NCBI RefSeq assembly: GCF_009834535.1
Contig: NC_045707.1
Location: 49,292,001 to 49,356,000, forward strand
Direction of reading: 5' to 3'
DNA length: 64,000 nucleotides
Origin: Camelus ferus
Lineage: Eukaryota
In this document: one piece after another, positions 38,874-53,735 of the stretch
Layout: the number at the start of each line of letters is the position of its first letter
Position numbering within the stretch: position 1 is the first letter of the stretch
Position numbers and translations under genes: made by a program
The notes under the pieces: generated by a model
Database searches by the model: none
The model's input: the letters and a program-made list of their open reading frames with translations, nothing else
What the model was told of the DNA's origin: nothing

Positions 38874-39430
38874 TTGCATTAGTTTTCTGTGTTGTGCAAT
38901 AAATTATTACACACACAGTTATCTCATAGTTTCCATAACTCAAAAATCTCATCACAGCTTAGCTAGCTCCTCTGCTCAGGATCTCAACAGGCTGCAATGA
39001 AGGTGTCAGGTGGGCTGCATTCTCAACTGCAGGCTTGACGAGGGAAGAATCTGCTTACAAGCTCACTGGGATGGTTAATGAAATTTATTTCCTTATGGCT
39101 GTGTAACTGAGGAACCCATCTTTGTATTGGCTGTTGGCTGTAGGCTGTTCAGAGACTATTCAGAGACTGCCTTGACCATGTGACCTTTTCCATAGGCAGT
39201 TCACCACATGGCTATTGGCTTCTTCCAGGAAAGTAGAACAATCTCTCTCTCTCTCTCTGGTCTACTAAGGTGGAGACATATAACTAAATGTAATCATGAC
39301 AGTGACAACCTGTCACCTTTCTCATTCTCTGCTGTTTAGAGGCAAGTCACAGGTTGTACCTCATTTCAAGGAGAAAGGACTATATGAGGGTATTACTCAT
39401 TAGGAGTCAACTGATGATTTATTAGACACA
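38874..39430 (-). mobile_element. MLT1-type LTR, next to a MIR fragment
   Basis: tcctctgctcaggatctcaacaggctgcaatgaaggtgtcagg...gaagaatctgcttacaagctcact...gcaagtcacagg. Confidence 0.8.
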
Positions 39431-39909
39431 AGGGTATTGAACCAGATAATCTTTAGATTTTTCTTCTATCATTTTATGATTACTGAGGGAAAATAAAATT
39501 GTCTGGCTATTATTTTTTAAATTACAGGCTCTGAACTCCCAAGGTTCAGAAAGGTCTCTGACCTCCTTATAGCTTTAGAACTAATCAGCCACAGTATCTA
39601 CCATTTTTCTTGGGACCAAAATGTAAGCAAGAGATTCCTATGAGAGAGCCAGGAGCTCTAGGAGGAAAAGAACAAGCTAAACCAAAGTATCCTGATAAAA
39701 GTCCAGGCTTGACTATAAAAGAAGACAAATGGAAGGCCATAAGCAAAAATTGAGATAAAGATCATAAAAACAAGAATAAAGTTAAGAGTCAAATCAAAAT
39801 GAGCGAGGGCTGGGAAGGTGAGAAAGGTATTTTGAGTGAGATCCATGAAATCAATTCTTTTTTATTTTTAACCCAAATGAAGTACAGAAAGCAGAGCTGT
39901 GTCAGCTAA

Positions 39910-40085
39910 AGTGGCAATTCTCAACTTTGTCTACACATTACAACTACATGAGGAGTCTGTAAATATCCAAATAACCAGGCTACATCCTGATCATATTAAG
40001 TCAGAATCTCTGAAGAAGGACCCAGGTCTCAATATTTTTTAAAGCTCTTCAGTAATTTCAATGTGCAGCCAAGGTTGAGAATCAA
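39910..40085. mobile_element. MER5A-like hAT MITE
   Basis: ttctcaactttg...aagtcagaatctctg...aatgtgcagccaaggttgagaatca, with terminal inverted similarity. Confidence 0.8.
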
Positions 40086-43000
40086 TTATCTTCTCTCACT
40101 ACTCAAAATGTGGTTGGAGGGCCAACCAGAAAGTTTGGCTTCACCTGGCATTGACCTTATTAGGGATGCAGATCCTTGCTACAAGATTATCAGGTAGTCC
40201 CTACATGATTGATCCAGTTAAGGACCTACGGCAAAGAACAGTACCTAGTATTAAACTTGGTACCTAGCATGAAATACAATTGTTTCTCCACAAACATAAA
40301 CTTTAATAGAATTTTCCAGCCCGCTTTTTGACAATTTGAGTAAATAATGAGTAAATGAAAAGGTTGTGCAAAATGTACTACTAAAAACATGGAAAACTGA
40401 GAAGGCTCCCTCTCTTTCTCTCTCTGTCTCTGTCTCTCTGTTTCTCTCTCTCTAGGATTATACTAATTTGTTTAGACCTTCAGAGACAGACAGTTGACTT
40501 TCTTATGCCGACTCTGATTGATTGGTAATGACTGCCTGGAGAACCCTGCTGAGAAACAGCATTCTAAGACTGCTTTGGCTGAGAAGAGTACCCTGACAGA
40601 TTAAGGGAATGACGGTTGCTGTGCAGCATATTTACTGAACCTGCTCTGAATTTTCTTATCCAATAGTAACTCTCATGACAGAGCCCATCTATTCTGAAGC
40701 CACCTGACTAGGATTAAGGATACATGGCCTTGCAACACATCCATACTGAGTAACTCATTCATTCTTTCATAAATTCATTCGTTACTTTAATAAAAAATTA
40801 TCAAATGCCAATTTTATGTCCCAGACACTCACTGTGCTGGGTGTCGGATTCTTATGGCATTAGAGTGACCTCACCCTTCAACATAAACATGCCACAGCTC
40901 CCTGAAATTCCATGAGCAAAGCATCCTCACATGATCATAAATCATGCTCAAGGCCAATGAGGAAACTGATTTCACCAGAAGGTCTTGATTATTCCACATG
41001 TCAGAGAGATGCTTAGCAGGAATCAAGGACATGATGTTTCAATTCAAATAGCTTCTTAATGAATTTTAAAGAACTGTTGAGTCAGAGTAGCTTCACTGTG
41101 ACCTTCAGAAAAACCTTTTTATGAAAACTCAGTTTAAGCACAAGATAGAAATAGTTAACCTACAAGGAAAACATCCTAAGTTACTAAGCTGTTCTATAAC
41201 AAATCTTACAGGAAAAAAAAGGACAATGGCTTCATCTTTTTAACACTAAGAAAGTAATGCCAGTAGGTGGCTATCTTTGAAGCCCCAAGTGAGGGAGATT
41301 TTCCACTTATATTCCTTTCAGTAACAAAGAGCTGCTGGAAGCACTATAGAAATGTTGTTTTTTAGTAACTGTGCCAATATACCTGGGCTTTCTTTCAAGT
41401 AGTGAGTGATTCCTTTGAATTATGTTTCAGCCAAAAATAGTTACTCATAAATTGCATGAATACCTTCCAGCTCATAATTGCCAAGTTCCGGTCTTTGGGT
41501 TTTAGACTCTTTTTATTTTCTCTAAATCTCAAGTTGATACAGCGTTCTTCTTCCCATTCTTCTTCCCCAGCACCAACCACCCCCTTCTCCCTTTATTATC
41601 TTTGAATAACACACACACACATACACACACACAGCAAGGAATTGCACAGTCCATCACAGTGGGTTATACACAAAGATTGTCACATGTGATGAGCCATTGC
41701 GGAGCATAAGGCTTCAATTTGAATGAAATGCTTTCTCATCACATTAAAAAAAAATCCATTAGCAGTTACTGATAAACTCAGGATTATTTCTGTAGAAAAA
41801 TCAGTTTCAGTTCAAGATAAATATGTGGAGACTGACAAGCAATTAAGCAGGAAAAAAATTTTTGGTGCTACTTGTCAGATATTTGAGGAAGATATTTTAG
41901 GAAAACTGGTTTTGGTAAACAGAAAAATCACACTGGCATTTCCCTCTGCCTTTCTACTTTGAGCTTTGTTTCTTTTTTTTTTAAATATACAAACTATGCA
42001 GCCATTAAATGTTGGAAATTGAAAAAAATAGAGAAAATTACACACATTCAGTAAATAGTTTGTACACAGATGAACAAAATAATTTTAACTTATAAAATAA
42101 GAAAATCAAACTCACCTAGAACAATAAAATTCAGAGATACCTGATTTTCATAGTAAACATGTTGCACTCTTTTAGGCAAAACAAAGAGCCCAATCAACAT
42201 TCAGTACATTTCTGTTTTCATATACAAGATTAATGGTGTTTATACATAGAGAAAATCGTTACCTGCCTGGTTCATTCATGGAATATACAGTTACCACCAT
42301 AATAAATTCCTCTGCCTTCCGGTCTTAAATTCCATATGCATGACCATTCTAGAAGAACTTCAGTGGGAGATGGTGGAGCACACAGAATGCCATGAGAATA
42401 CTAGACAGTTAGACGGAGGGGAAAACTAATATGAATGCCGCAAACTTTCTGATTTTCTCCAAAGCTGATTCTGAGTTACATATACCATTTGTTATATGCA
42501 GAACAGGGAAGAAAATAAATTTAGGAAAAAGAGCATTAAGATAGTATAGATTACATCACCAATCCATAAGAAATGTATGATTTTCCTTAAAAACTTCATA
42601 GTGCGAAACAAATTAAAGTTTAAAAAAATAGAGTTATATTTTCTCCAGACATTTGGTCTTCTGTACATTCAGCTGTATTTCAGTGTCAGAATGTTTGTTA
42701 CATCTATAATATTTATGATGAAAATTTTATTTTCTTCTTCTTAGTCATGCTGAGAAGGAACAATGTCTACATCTAAATTCTATTGTTCAAGTTCAGCAGG
42801 GAGCTATTCAAAGGCAAATGCACACTATTTGTTACTATAATGTGGAACCCCTAGCTGCAGTAAACCCAAAGATACAGTACTTTTTGTCTCCTGCCTAAAA
42901 ACCTAGGCTAAGGGAATTCCTTTTTTCCCCTTAAACCAGTCCCCTTATCTTGGCTCTCCAGCTCTTCACAGATGTTAAGAGAAGAATACAAAGCATAGAA

Positions 43001-44787
43001 AGAGGAATCCCAATAGGGGGAAAAAGCAAGGAAAAGAAAAAGGCATTCCCTAAAGCCTAAATTACTCACATTTTGGTCTTTTCAGGGCAGGGAAAGAAAC
43101 ATAATAAACTGCCATACCTCTCTAACTGCAGAGGACTGCAACAGAGAGAAAAAGAGTGAGTCTTTATTTTCTCTGTTTAAAAAATACAAAACGAAAAAAA
43201 AAAAGTGACCCAAAACCAGCAGATTCTAAGGAGCATTAAGAATTATATTCTAAGAGATTTTAATCTATTGTTCAATAGCATATTTGATACTGACCCACTT
43301 GGTGTTCCTTTTTTAAAGGGCCTGACTTCCCACAGAAGTTACAGTATGTCATTAACATCTCCATGATATGGTGCACTTAATCTCCAGACAAATCACTAGG
43401 ACATATAGGCAAGGAAGGAGACTATCTTTTTTTAACTGAGGTTGCTATAGGCAAATCAGCACATGCGATTACAAAATCTAATAACAAAATGGCTAACATA
43501 GCACCCCCAAATACGTAACTTGTCTTCCTTACATTCTTTTCTTGTGCATCAGGAAGTCTTATTCTTCTCCCATTGGATGGCTGGATGGATGAAGCAGGTA
43601 GTATAGATTAGAATGTGTTGATCTACATAAACCTGCATCCAGAGGAACTCAGTTAACTTGAATCTAGACTCAGGTAACTTAGAAGCCTATACCAAACTCA
43701 GGTCATTCAGATTCCTAAAGATGCTGGAGAACTTAAAAGATTGTGAGGCCTGCAAAGATCAGATGTGATAAGAACAGCTAAGGCACATCCCACCTGTACC
43801 AAACAGTTCCCTAAAGTTCAGAATCTTTCCAAAGTAATTTGGTAGAATTTCTGATTATAGCAGAACTTTTAATAGCATTCCAGAACAATTACTTCAAATG
43901 AGGTTTTTATTGAACATTAGAGGAGGCAAAAAATAATTCTTACTCTAATGCAATGTCTGACTCCAAATCTTTTCAGTGAGTTCTGTTTCATTTCATCTGG
44001 CTCCTGTATATTGAAATGGCAGAACACTTATTTAAGCAAAATCAATTTTTTTCCTTATAATAAAAAATGCTAGGGTAAGAGGATGTGCCAAAACAATTAC
44101 CACACTAACCATGCTTTTAAATTCTTATTTTGAAATAATGAATTTGGCATGATATACTCACTATTGCAGGTAACTATAGCTTTCAAACACCATTTAATAA
44201 TCGTGACAAAATTTTTAGCTCTCCCCATCTATCTCAGCTACCCAGCAAAAATAAGTAAGGATGCTGATGTTAAATAAAGCACTGGAACCACTAGCCTGCC
44301 ACAGCACCCCATTTATGCTTCTTGGTGATAAAGAAGGATTAGGGTCTTTAAAAAGACAGATAAAGTAGAAGAATAAACATCAGATTGTAGAACAGGAAGT
44401 TGTGAAGATAGTACATTATGAGATCTGACAAAACAGGAAATTTAAAATATATAAAGTATATAGATTCTAAGTGCTTTCTTGACATAACTGAATTAAAATA
44501 CAGTGTTTTCATTCAACAGAATATTTTATATTGACTATTCAATGTGAGAAACAGCTCTAAAGAAACAATGATGGTCAAATATTATTAGATGCACTACAGA
44601 TTTTCACTCAAAGTTCTCCTTTGATGAACATTTATTAAACACCCATTACATGTAATGCTGCTTTAGAAGAAACAAGCCAAAACAGAAATCAAGTTTTTGT
44701 TGTGCTAAAAGTTTTACTTAAAAAAAAAAATCATATCTTTCTATGTGAATCATTATTAAGCTTTATTTTGATCCTATTATATTAAAA

Positions 44788-45305
44788 GTGTGATAGTTTT
44801 CTACTGCTGCTGTAACAAATTACTACAATCTAGTGGGTTAAACACAAGTGTACTATTTTATAATTCCGGAGGTCAAAAATCCAACATGAGTCTCATTGGA
44901 CTAAACTCACGGTTTCAGGAGGGTTGCATTTCTTTTTGGAGGCTCTAGAGGAGAAATCATTTCTTTGCAGTTGTAGGACTGAGGTCCTTGGGTTCTGGCT
45001 AAGTGTCAGCTGAAGGCAGTTCCCAGCTTCTAGAGACCATCCACATCCTTTGGCTTATGGCCACCTTCCTTCATTTTCAGAATCAGTAACAGTGGGTCAA
45101 TTCCTTTTCACTTCTTATCTCCTGACCTACTCTTCTATCACTCTTCCCTTTGAAAAACTCATGTGATTAAATTAGGCCCACTTAGATAATCCAAGATAAT
45201 TTCCCCATCCCCAAATCCTTAACTTAATCACTTCTGCAAAGACTGTTTTCAAGTGAGAAAATAGTCACAAGCTTAGGTGATTGGGTGCCAGACTCTGCCT
45301 AACAC
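44788..45305 (-). mobile_element. MLT1-type LTR (MLT1D/E-like)
   Basis: ctgctgtaacaaattactacaa...ggaggctctagaggagaa...attaggcccacttagataatccaagataat...ttaatcacttctgcaaag. Confidence 0.85.
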
Positions 45306-45664
45306 AAAAAGAGCTATGAAAATACACACTTTCCCAAATTCTCAAATATAGGCAATTTACTTTTTAAAAGACTTCTAAAGCAATATAATTATGAATATAG
45401 GGAAATTTTAAACTGGGGAACATATTATATGAAGCTTTTATTTTTTAACTGTGACTAAAATAGACAATTTCCTAGAGAATATAACTGATCCAAACATAAA
45501 ATTAGGATTGCTGATAAACCTATTTCCAAAAAGGCATGGGACCTATGTGATATAGAGTTTGGTTTTGTTCAATGCTTAAACTTGAGAAAAATGGAAAGCA
45601 ATCCAATTCATTTGATGCCATGTACATATTCATGGATTCCAAATCTGACCAAAAAAAGGCCCAT

Positions 45665-46013
45665 TGTATTAGTTCAGGCTGACATAACAAAAAATGCCAT
45701 AGAGCAGGCAGCTTAAACAACATTTATTTCTTACATTTCTGGAGGCTGGAAAGTCCAGAATCTAAGACACAAGCAGATCTGGTGTCTGGTGAAAGCACTC
45801 TTTGTTGGCTGTCTCTTTGTATCTTCACATGGTAGAGAGAAAAATCAATTATCTTATGTCTTTTCTTTTAAGGGCACTAATCCCATTCATGCCTCCACTC
45901 TCATGACTTGATTACCTTCCAAAGACCCCACCTCCTAATACCACCACCATACAATTAGGGGTTAGGCTTTCAACATATGAATTTGGAGGGGACACAAACG
46001 TTCAGTCCATAAC
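45665..46013 (-). mobile_element. MLT1A-like LTR
   Basis: tgtattagttcaggctgacataacaaaa...aagggcactaatcccattcatg...ggggacacaaacgttcagtccataaca. Confidence 0.9.
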
Positions 46014-46633
46014 ACACCTTCAAAAGATTATAGCCAAATCTCACATGTGAATACAGATGCTAAAATACTAACATCTCAACTCCATCACTATAAAACTATT
46101 CCACTGTGAACAAGTACAGAAAATATAAAATTAAAAAATGTTTAAATATTAGAATAACAATGAATCATCCTAATAAGTCAAAAGGTAAAAAGCATGTGGT
46201 TCTTTCAATAGATTATTAAACATTTCTTAATTAAATTATTATTCATTCTTCTAATAAATTAATATATCTTTCTTAAACCAACCAGTTTCATGCTTAATGT
46301 TGGAATGAAAACTCAAGGTGATCATGTATAGATAATTAATCATATTTTCTCCCAGTGGTCCGAGGTAAATGCAAAATAAAATCTACACACTTTCTAAATG
46401 TTAAGGCATTCCCATAAATATCAGAAACAAGTTAAAGATGTCTCCAACTAACATTATGACTTATTTAGTAAAATAACACAGAAGGAAAAGGATGATATAT
46501 AAGTTCTGTCAGTTGTTTTATTTGGTTGGAGTTTATAGTATCCCTAAAACTAATAACTATTTTTCCATCATGTTGATTTTTACTTTAATTCTATTTTTCA
46601 GAAGCTAAAATTGCTACATTGGCTTATTATTTA

Positions 46634-46827
46634 CCATTGACACTTGAACAACATGTATTTAAACTGCACAGGACTGTTTATACATATAGATAATTTTTCA
46701 ATAGTAAATACTATGGTACTACACAGTCTATGGTTGATTGAATCCATGGATGCAAAGGAACCTCGGATACTGAGGACAGAGTATAAGTTACACACAGATC
46801 AACCCCCACTTTGTTCAAGGTCAACTG
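46634..46827. mobile_element. Tigger2-derived MITE (MER8/MER28-like)
   Basis: Degenerate TIRs ccattgacacttgaacaa ... ttgttcaaggtcaactg, flanked by TA on both sides. Confidence 0.85.
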
Positions 46828-47139
46828 TACTCATAGTTTCCTAGTATATCATTATCCACCAACTTACATTCAATATTTTGAAATTCTTTTGTATTGAAGA
46901 GGTTTCTTATAAAAAACTATATTGCTTAATCATTTTTAATTCAATATGAGTCTTTTTTTATTCTAATTAATTCTAACTTATGTTTATTATAATTACTGTT
47001 ATATTAGTGCTTATTTTTGCAAGCCTTTATTTCATATACATATTTAAAAATTTACTATGTTTTATTTTTATTTATTTATTCTTACTCCCCATTGTATGGA
47101 TGAATTTTCCTCTGCCGGTTTTACAGTTATAGGTTTTGT

Positions 47140-47550
47140 ATGTATTTATTTTTCAACAAATACTTGCTAAGCACTTACACATGTGAAGTGCTGATTTAGG
47201 CAGTAGAGATATACCAGTGAACTAGCTGAAAAAGCCAACTGATAAGAATGAGAAGACCTATAACAATAAATAAATAAACTCAGAAATATATAGTACATCA
47301 GGACTAATCATTGCTATAGAGAGAAATAAAGCTAGAAAAGGTGGTTATAGAAGGGAGGAGTACTGTTTTAATAGAGTGCCTTTCCAAGAATGTTGCATTT
47401 GAGCAGAAATCTGAAGAAAGGGAGTAAAGCATTTAGACATTTGAAGAAAGAGAAAGTATAAGAGCCAACAAAGAGCCGGTATAGCAGGAGTGATGTGTGA
47501 AGGGAGGAGTGCAATATGAATTCGGAGAGAGAGTAAGAGACTAAATCATG
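47140..47550 (-). mobile_element. L2 3' fragment
   Basis: ttcaacaaatacttgctaagcacttac...ttgcatttgagcagaaatctgaag. Confidence 0.7.
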
Positions 47551-47687
47551 AACTATCCTGAATTAATTCTTATTACTGGAGTACATCCTGCTAAACAGTT
47601 CTGACTCTTTCACATCCATTCTTCATATTTCAACCTCTGTATCAATCTTTTTTCTCTCTTTACATTTTCCTGATGCCTTCCTGGAAC

Positions 47688-47790
47688 ATCTGCAAATGAT
47701 GCAACTGACAATGGCTTAATATACAGAATATATAAACAGCTCATACAACTTAATAATAAAAAAACCCCAAATAACCCAATCCCAAAATAG
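47688..47790 (+). mobile_element. Short internal fragment of a young L1 ORF2
   Basis: tgcaaatgatgcaactgacaatggcttaatatacagaatatataaacagctcatacaact...aacccaat; no poly(A). Confidence 0.8.
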
Positions 47791-49041
47791 ACATCAACTT
47801 TTTATTAGAAAAGTTTTCTGAGACTTAGAACTCAGAACTAGATGCTACAAAGATAAATAAACTGCAGTCTTTTCTAAGATTCAAGATATTTCTTCATTTG
47901 TCAGCTTGTGTGGTGGATTCCCCACCTAAACTTGAATCTACTCAATTCAATTTCTTTAGCAAATAGTAAATGTATTACTTAAGGAAATAACATTAGTCAG
48001 TCTTAAATTTTCTCTGACCATTAGTTATGTTTTTCACAGAAGATGCCAATATATTAAATGGAATATATTACAGCAGATCTAGAAAAACTGGATCATTGCA
48101 TTCTTATGAGTTACCTGGGTTTGCATTTAAGATGCAAAAGACCACTGAGATATTTGCAGGGCACTCTTCAACACATCACAATACACCAACACCTACAGCC
48201 ACCAACTAATTATCATCACTATAATTTTAAACATAATTTTAATTCCAACCTGTTTTATTGTGAGGCTAGAAATCAGGGGCAAGTATCCACTTTTGGGGCA
48301 ACAGCAGCGGCAGCAATGATACAATGCAGATAGAGGGAAAAAGAATAAAAGGAGAAAACTATGGCAAGAACAAGGAAGGACCTTGCTGGAGAAGAAAAAG
48401 CGTTAAGTAAATTATGTAAACTCAAGCAAAAGGACCACGGGAGAAATGGAATAATCAAGACCAATACCCAACAAACCTTGAAACAAATAAATGACCCGCT
48501 AATCAAAACTGGAACACAACAGCAGTTAAAAGAGTAGCACATGTGATTCCATGCTGAGTCACAGACCTGGATTTAAAAAAAAAGAGCTGATTTGCCTGAG
48601 GCTACGGTTGGTTTTAGGGACCTAGGAACAAGTTTAAATATTCCTGGCTTGAAGAGAAGAGAGATATAGAACTTGGAAGATAAATTCTCCATGGCATTTG
48701 TGAATTTAAAGATGCATACCATCATAATAGTGTTTATGGGTACTACTCAGAATACTTGGGTTTCTATATAAAAGCTCCTTAAATTTATTTTTAAAAATGT
48801 TAAACCAGCAAACAAATGAATTGAATAGTTCACTGAAGGTATTTGACCAATTCAGAGGTTTTGGCATTCAACGAAAGTATACTATATCACGCATTCTAAA
48901 TAGGGACAATATCTCCTTCAAGAGAGCAAAACTTAGTTCTTCAGGGCTGGAAAAAAATCTTAGTCTTTTTATGTGTAAAACACAGATATACATACGGTAC
49001 ATAAACAGATATGAAGTATACCTGTGATGTTAAATTTTTAC

Positions 49042-49381
49042 TGCTATAGGCTGAATGTTTATGCCTCCCACCAAAATTCGTATGTTGAAATACTCAATCC
49101 CCAGGGGGGACAATATTTGAAGGTGGGGCCTTTGGGAGGCATTAGGTCATGAGGGTGGAGCACCTGTGAAAGAGATGAGTGCTTTTATAAAAGAGACCCT
49201 AGATACCCTCCTTTGCCCTTCTACTATGTGAGGTTACAGCCACAGGAAGTAGACCCTGACCAGGCATCAAATCTGCTGGTCCCTTGGAATTCTCAGCCTC
49301 AAGAACTATGAGAAGTAAATTTCCATTCTTTATAAGCCAGCTGGTGTAGGAGTGTTACAGAAGCCTGAAAGGACTAATACA
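49042..49381 (+). mobile_element. MLT1A-like LTR
   Basis: tgctataggctgaatgtttatg...aggtggggcctttgggagg...ggactaataca, with TG...CA ends. Confidence 0.9.
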
Positions 49382-52300
49382 AGTGGGGATGGTTAAGAAA
49401 AAATTATGTCTTGAAAAGCTCTTTATGAGGGTGATGATGAAAAACAGACTGAGATCCATATGAATTAATTCCTGGGGTATATACTTAAGAGTAAATTAAA
49501 TAAGATCATACAATAAATGAGTACATAATAGTAAACAGTCAATTGGTAGCTATAAAAAGAAATTAAGAGCTAATAATAGACAATTTAAAATTTATTTTTA
49601 TTAAATTATCTATTTAAAACTGTAATTTCCTGACAAAAATCCTGCTATTGATAAAGGATAATTTGTGTTTTACATGCCATAATATCATCTTAAATAAGCA
49701 CTATTCTCTCCTTATCCAGAAAACAATGTTCTAGTATATAAATAAACTTCTCAAAAGTACTTAATATTTACTCTCTTAAAGTAAGCCCCCTACCTTCTAT
49801 TCAAGGATAATATAAAGATGTCTGTCTCTCTCGATAGAATAACAACTTCCACTTCTGAAGGTATGTGACTTTATTTTACTTGAAAGTCTTCTATGCCTGG
49901 CTCTTTCATTCTTCTATTGTGTCTGCCTCATCCTCTCAATGTCCTAACCTGTGCCTGATGTTCCTTTTACATGTCACCCTAATTTAAACTTTCAAAGGGA
50001 AAAACATCAATTGAAGGGGAAAAAAGCATACTAGATCAAGGAAGAGCAGTATCTCAGGAAAACTAATGACTTTCTCTTGTTGCCCTACAAGTACCAGCTG
50101 GCCCTCTGTAAAGAATCAGGAAAGAAAAAAACATTTCTGGTTTGCATGCTTTAGGAGTAGATGCCTGGTGACAGTTTTCCCTAAGCTTTTTTTCATTCAA
50201 CAGACTTTCTGAGCTAAGTATCTTATGTAAGCCAAAACTGATTTCATTAAAGGGTAGATCACAAAAAAGATTACAGATCAATTGTCTTGCTAATTGAGAG
50301 CAAGAAAATCAGAAAAACGATGACATTTAAATTATCTTTATTTACTAGCAGTGTCTACCCCAAATGAAACCATTGCTCCTATGAAATAAAATGAACTGTT
50401 TTAGTGGCTTGTACCTTTCTCTTACATGAAAGAAAAAAAAAAAAAGTAAGGAAGGGAAAAATAGGAGGAGAGAAGGAAGAAAGGGAAGGAGGGAGGGGAA
50501 AGTGCACATTTTCTAGAAGATGGTTGCAATCTGCAGATTGTGAATAGCTGTAAACTTTTCATTAAGAAGCTCCTTAAATTAATTAAAGAACAATGTAATT
50601 AAATTCCATATTTAGAAACCAAATTTGATTCAAAACACAAGATCAAAGAAAGAGCATTCAACTTTTTGTCATTTATAATTCATTCTCAAATTGATATATA
50701 TTCCCAACTTGGAAAACTTGACCATTATTATCACAAAATGAGTAAACAAATATGGAGGGAAATAGGAAGAATATAGTGAAGAGAGGGCATCAATTAATTT
50801 AAAAAGAAGAATGCTTTATTGATTTATTATGTTCCTCTAAATTGGAACTGTGTGGGATTAAATTCTGAGAACTTTCACTTTGATTTTTTCCTACCTACCT
50901 AAAATTGGCTTCCTTAAATAAAAGCTTATAGTTCTTTAAGAGCCATCATCACAAGATAATTTAGTTATTTTTAAACAGGAGGAAAAGAAGAAAATAAACA
51001 AGTTGGAGGAGGAAATTGTTTTAACACAAATCTGGGTTCTACTGAGGCTCTCTTCTCAAGTTTTTTTCCCACAAAAATAACATTGTGATTGTATCAAAAT
51101 TAGCTAACCAAGAATTCTAGATCAAAACTAGGTATTTTACTGAATGTACTTTTTTATGAGATTTATTTTAGAAGTGTGTTTTGCCAAGTACTGTGACATC
51201 CCCAAGTTCATACACATAGCAATAATTCTTAAAGGGTTGGAAGCAAAAGCCAACTTAAATTTCATTTTATTTCCAAGATTCTCATCACTTGTTGGGTATG
51301 GAGGAAGGTGTGGAGAAGAAAGAAAAAATATAAAGGAAAAAAAGTCCATGTTTTTTCTCCTGAAATTCTGTGAATTCCTGGCAAGGTCAAGTCAGTTTGA
51401 GCCATGAGGGGGAAACAAATTCCTGTTTTTACAGGGTATTTGCACAACTCACTACATGCATGTTTTCTAAAGCTCTGTCTTCTGATCATAGTTAACCTGA
51501 CATTCCTTATCATCTTTAACACTATAGCTACAATTTTCAAATACTTCTAAGCCCTTGCATTTATGTGCTTGATTTTTCTTCCTTGGCTCCCTTGTTTTAC
51601 TCACCTTATTGTCAAAGTACGGAATGCCTATTTCTGTATCTTTCTGAAAAATTCTTACTTTTGACATTATCACTATAGTCAAACTAAGGCCAATAGCAGA
51701 TCAAAGATCCTCCCTGTCTCTTAACATTTAGATGATTCTTGGAAGGAGCAGTGGAACCAGACTCCAGGAATAATAGAGAAAAGGGAGCTGTTAATACAAG
51801 ACCAATAAACATGTATAAAAAAATTGGTAGTTAAGATATATTGAAAATGTTCTTTTTACTGACAAGAATGAAATATGTAAATGGTCATCACAAAGTATCT
51901 GCATGATAGAAGTTTTCTTCTTTTTCATTTTTCCCAATTTCCAGTGTTTCTAAAAACCATACATGCTACTTTAATAACTACAAAAGAGCAAATGTTATTA
52001 AATAAATATAGTACATACCTACTGCATAAAATATGAAAAGTAAATAAAATACTCCTAGTTCTACTTTCCATTCAAAAGCATCCTTTGGTCAATTTTACAC
52101 TTTCTTCTGATTATTTTTCTATTCATATTCATGACTTTGGGTTTTTCTATAAGCTCAATATTATATCTTCTTTTCTATTTTAATATTATAATATGAATAT
52201 CATGCTCATACACATTCTTCCCTGAGGATGTCATGCAAGTATTTAGATTAATCATGAATTAGCCATTTTTGTAGATTAAAATGGTCAAATATTAGTAATT

Positions 52301-53199
52301 TCACATGGTTCAAAAAAGTAGCTGTAACCTAAATCATACAAAACAAAAATAATAGCCCTTTTTATGCCAATATATATTTTCTTTTTCATGTTTACCTATA
52401 GGAACATCATAGAAGATGTTTAAAACTTGAAAACATACTTGAAACAAATAGATGCTGAAGTTCTATGAGTAGATAAACTATCAGTCACATAAGAGGTGCT
52501 GGAGCCTTGTTCTGTGACCATTATAGCCTGGTTCCATGTCAGAATTGAAGTTCTAATGCTGGTCATGGATACAGCAAAGATCCAAGCTACACCAAGGATG
52601 TTAACTCTCAGTCATTGCTATGACTTAATGGTTGGGTTCAACCGCAATACATCTGCACTCTGCAAATAAACTGAATTCAGCTAATAGGCAGAGTTAGGCA
52701 GAAACATAGTATAGAGCACCCAGCAGTTTATCTCTTCGGCATCACTTGAGGGGTGCCAAAAGGCCCAATACTCAAAAATAGCTTTCCCATAGTTGTCTAT
52801 CTTTGCCATTATTATGGACTCATTTATTTTTGTTAAGATTTATAATTGTCTAGTCTGTGGTACTTTAAAATATAAGTGTCAATGAGGTTAACACATTAAG
52901 ACGAAAGTCAAGTGCTACCGCTTTTCTTTAAAAGAGGCAAATGAGAGCATGAATCATTAGAAAAAAGCAGCCCAAAAAAAGTTCATAAAGGGGAAGTAGA
53001 CCACTAATGATCAATTTGTTTCCTTTACAATTTTCTCTAATGACTGTTGGCTTAATCTCATCCAGTGATAAACCATCTGATAATAACTTTTAGAAGTCCA
53101 GATAACATCCAAATAATAATTGGGTTATATCCCAGAAAGCTCTTTGACTGGAACTCACATTGTATTTTATGGAAATCTTGAATTACTCCTAACAGTAGT

Positions 53200-53735
53200 G
53201 TAATTAGAAACCCTTACAGCAGACATCTTTAAGAGTCTTTGCCCAGACCACATCTTCCCCTATGTTACAATTGGATCCTTACATGCAGTTGGATCCTAGC
53301 AGTACGCTTGCATTTCACATCCTGCACATCACTCCACAGTCCACTGAACCAATGGTAGATAAGCTGGAGGTCTAAGAAGAATCTATTAGAATCTTTCTTT
53401 TGGGAATCTAAACAAGGATTCAGTGGGACTAGTTAATATCGGACAAGGAAATTAATGTAAGCTCAGGAAGTGTGTCCTGACCAAAAATTACCATGCTTTG
53501 GGAAAAATAAAGACAGTCATCAAAGAGAGACATGAGGAGAGAAACAGAAGATAAGAGGCTGTGTGGTTTTCATGAACAATTAAGACAAAGTCCCCTTTGG
53601 TGGATTTCTAGCTCCTGATTCTAGTACTTCTTTGATGATGCTTGACTGTACTTGATTACCACTGATCCCTTGTAATATATTTCCATTCAATTATTAAGCT
53701 AATTTGAGGGTGTGGTTCATAATTGAAGCTACAAC
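53200..53735. mobile_element. Old MLT1-type LTR remnant
   Basis: cccagacccacatcttccc...tgaaccaatgg...aagctaatttgag...aattgaagctacaac; weak. Confidence 0.45.
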
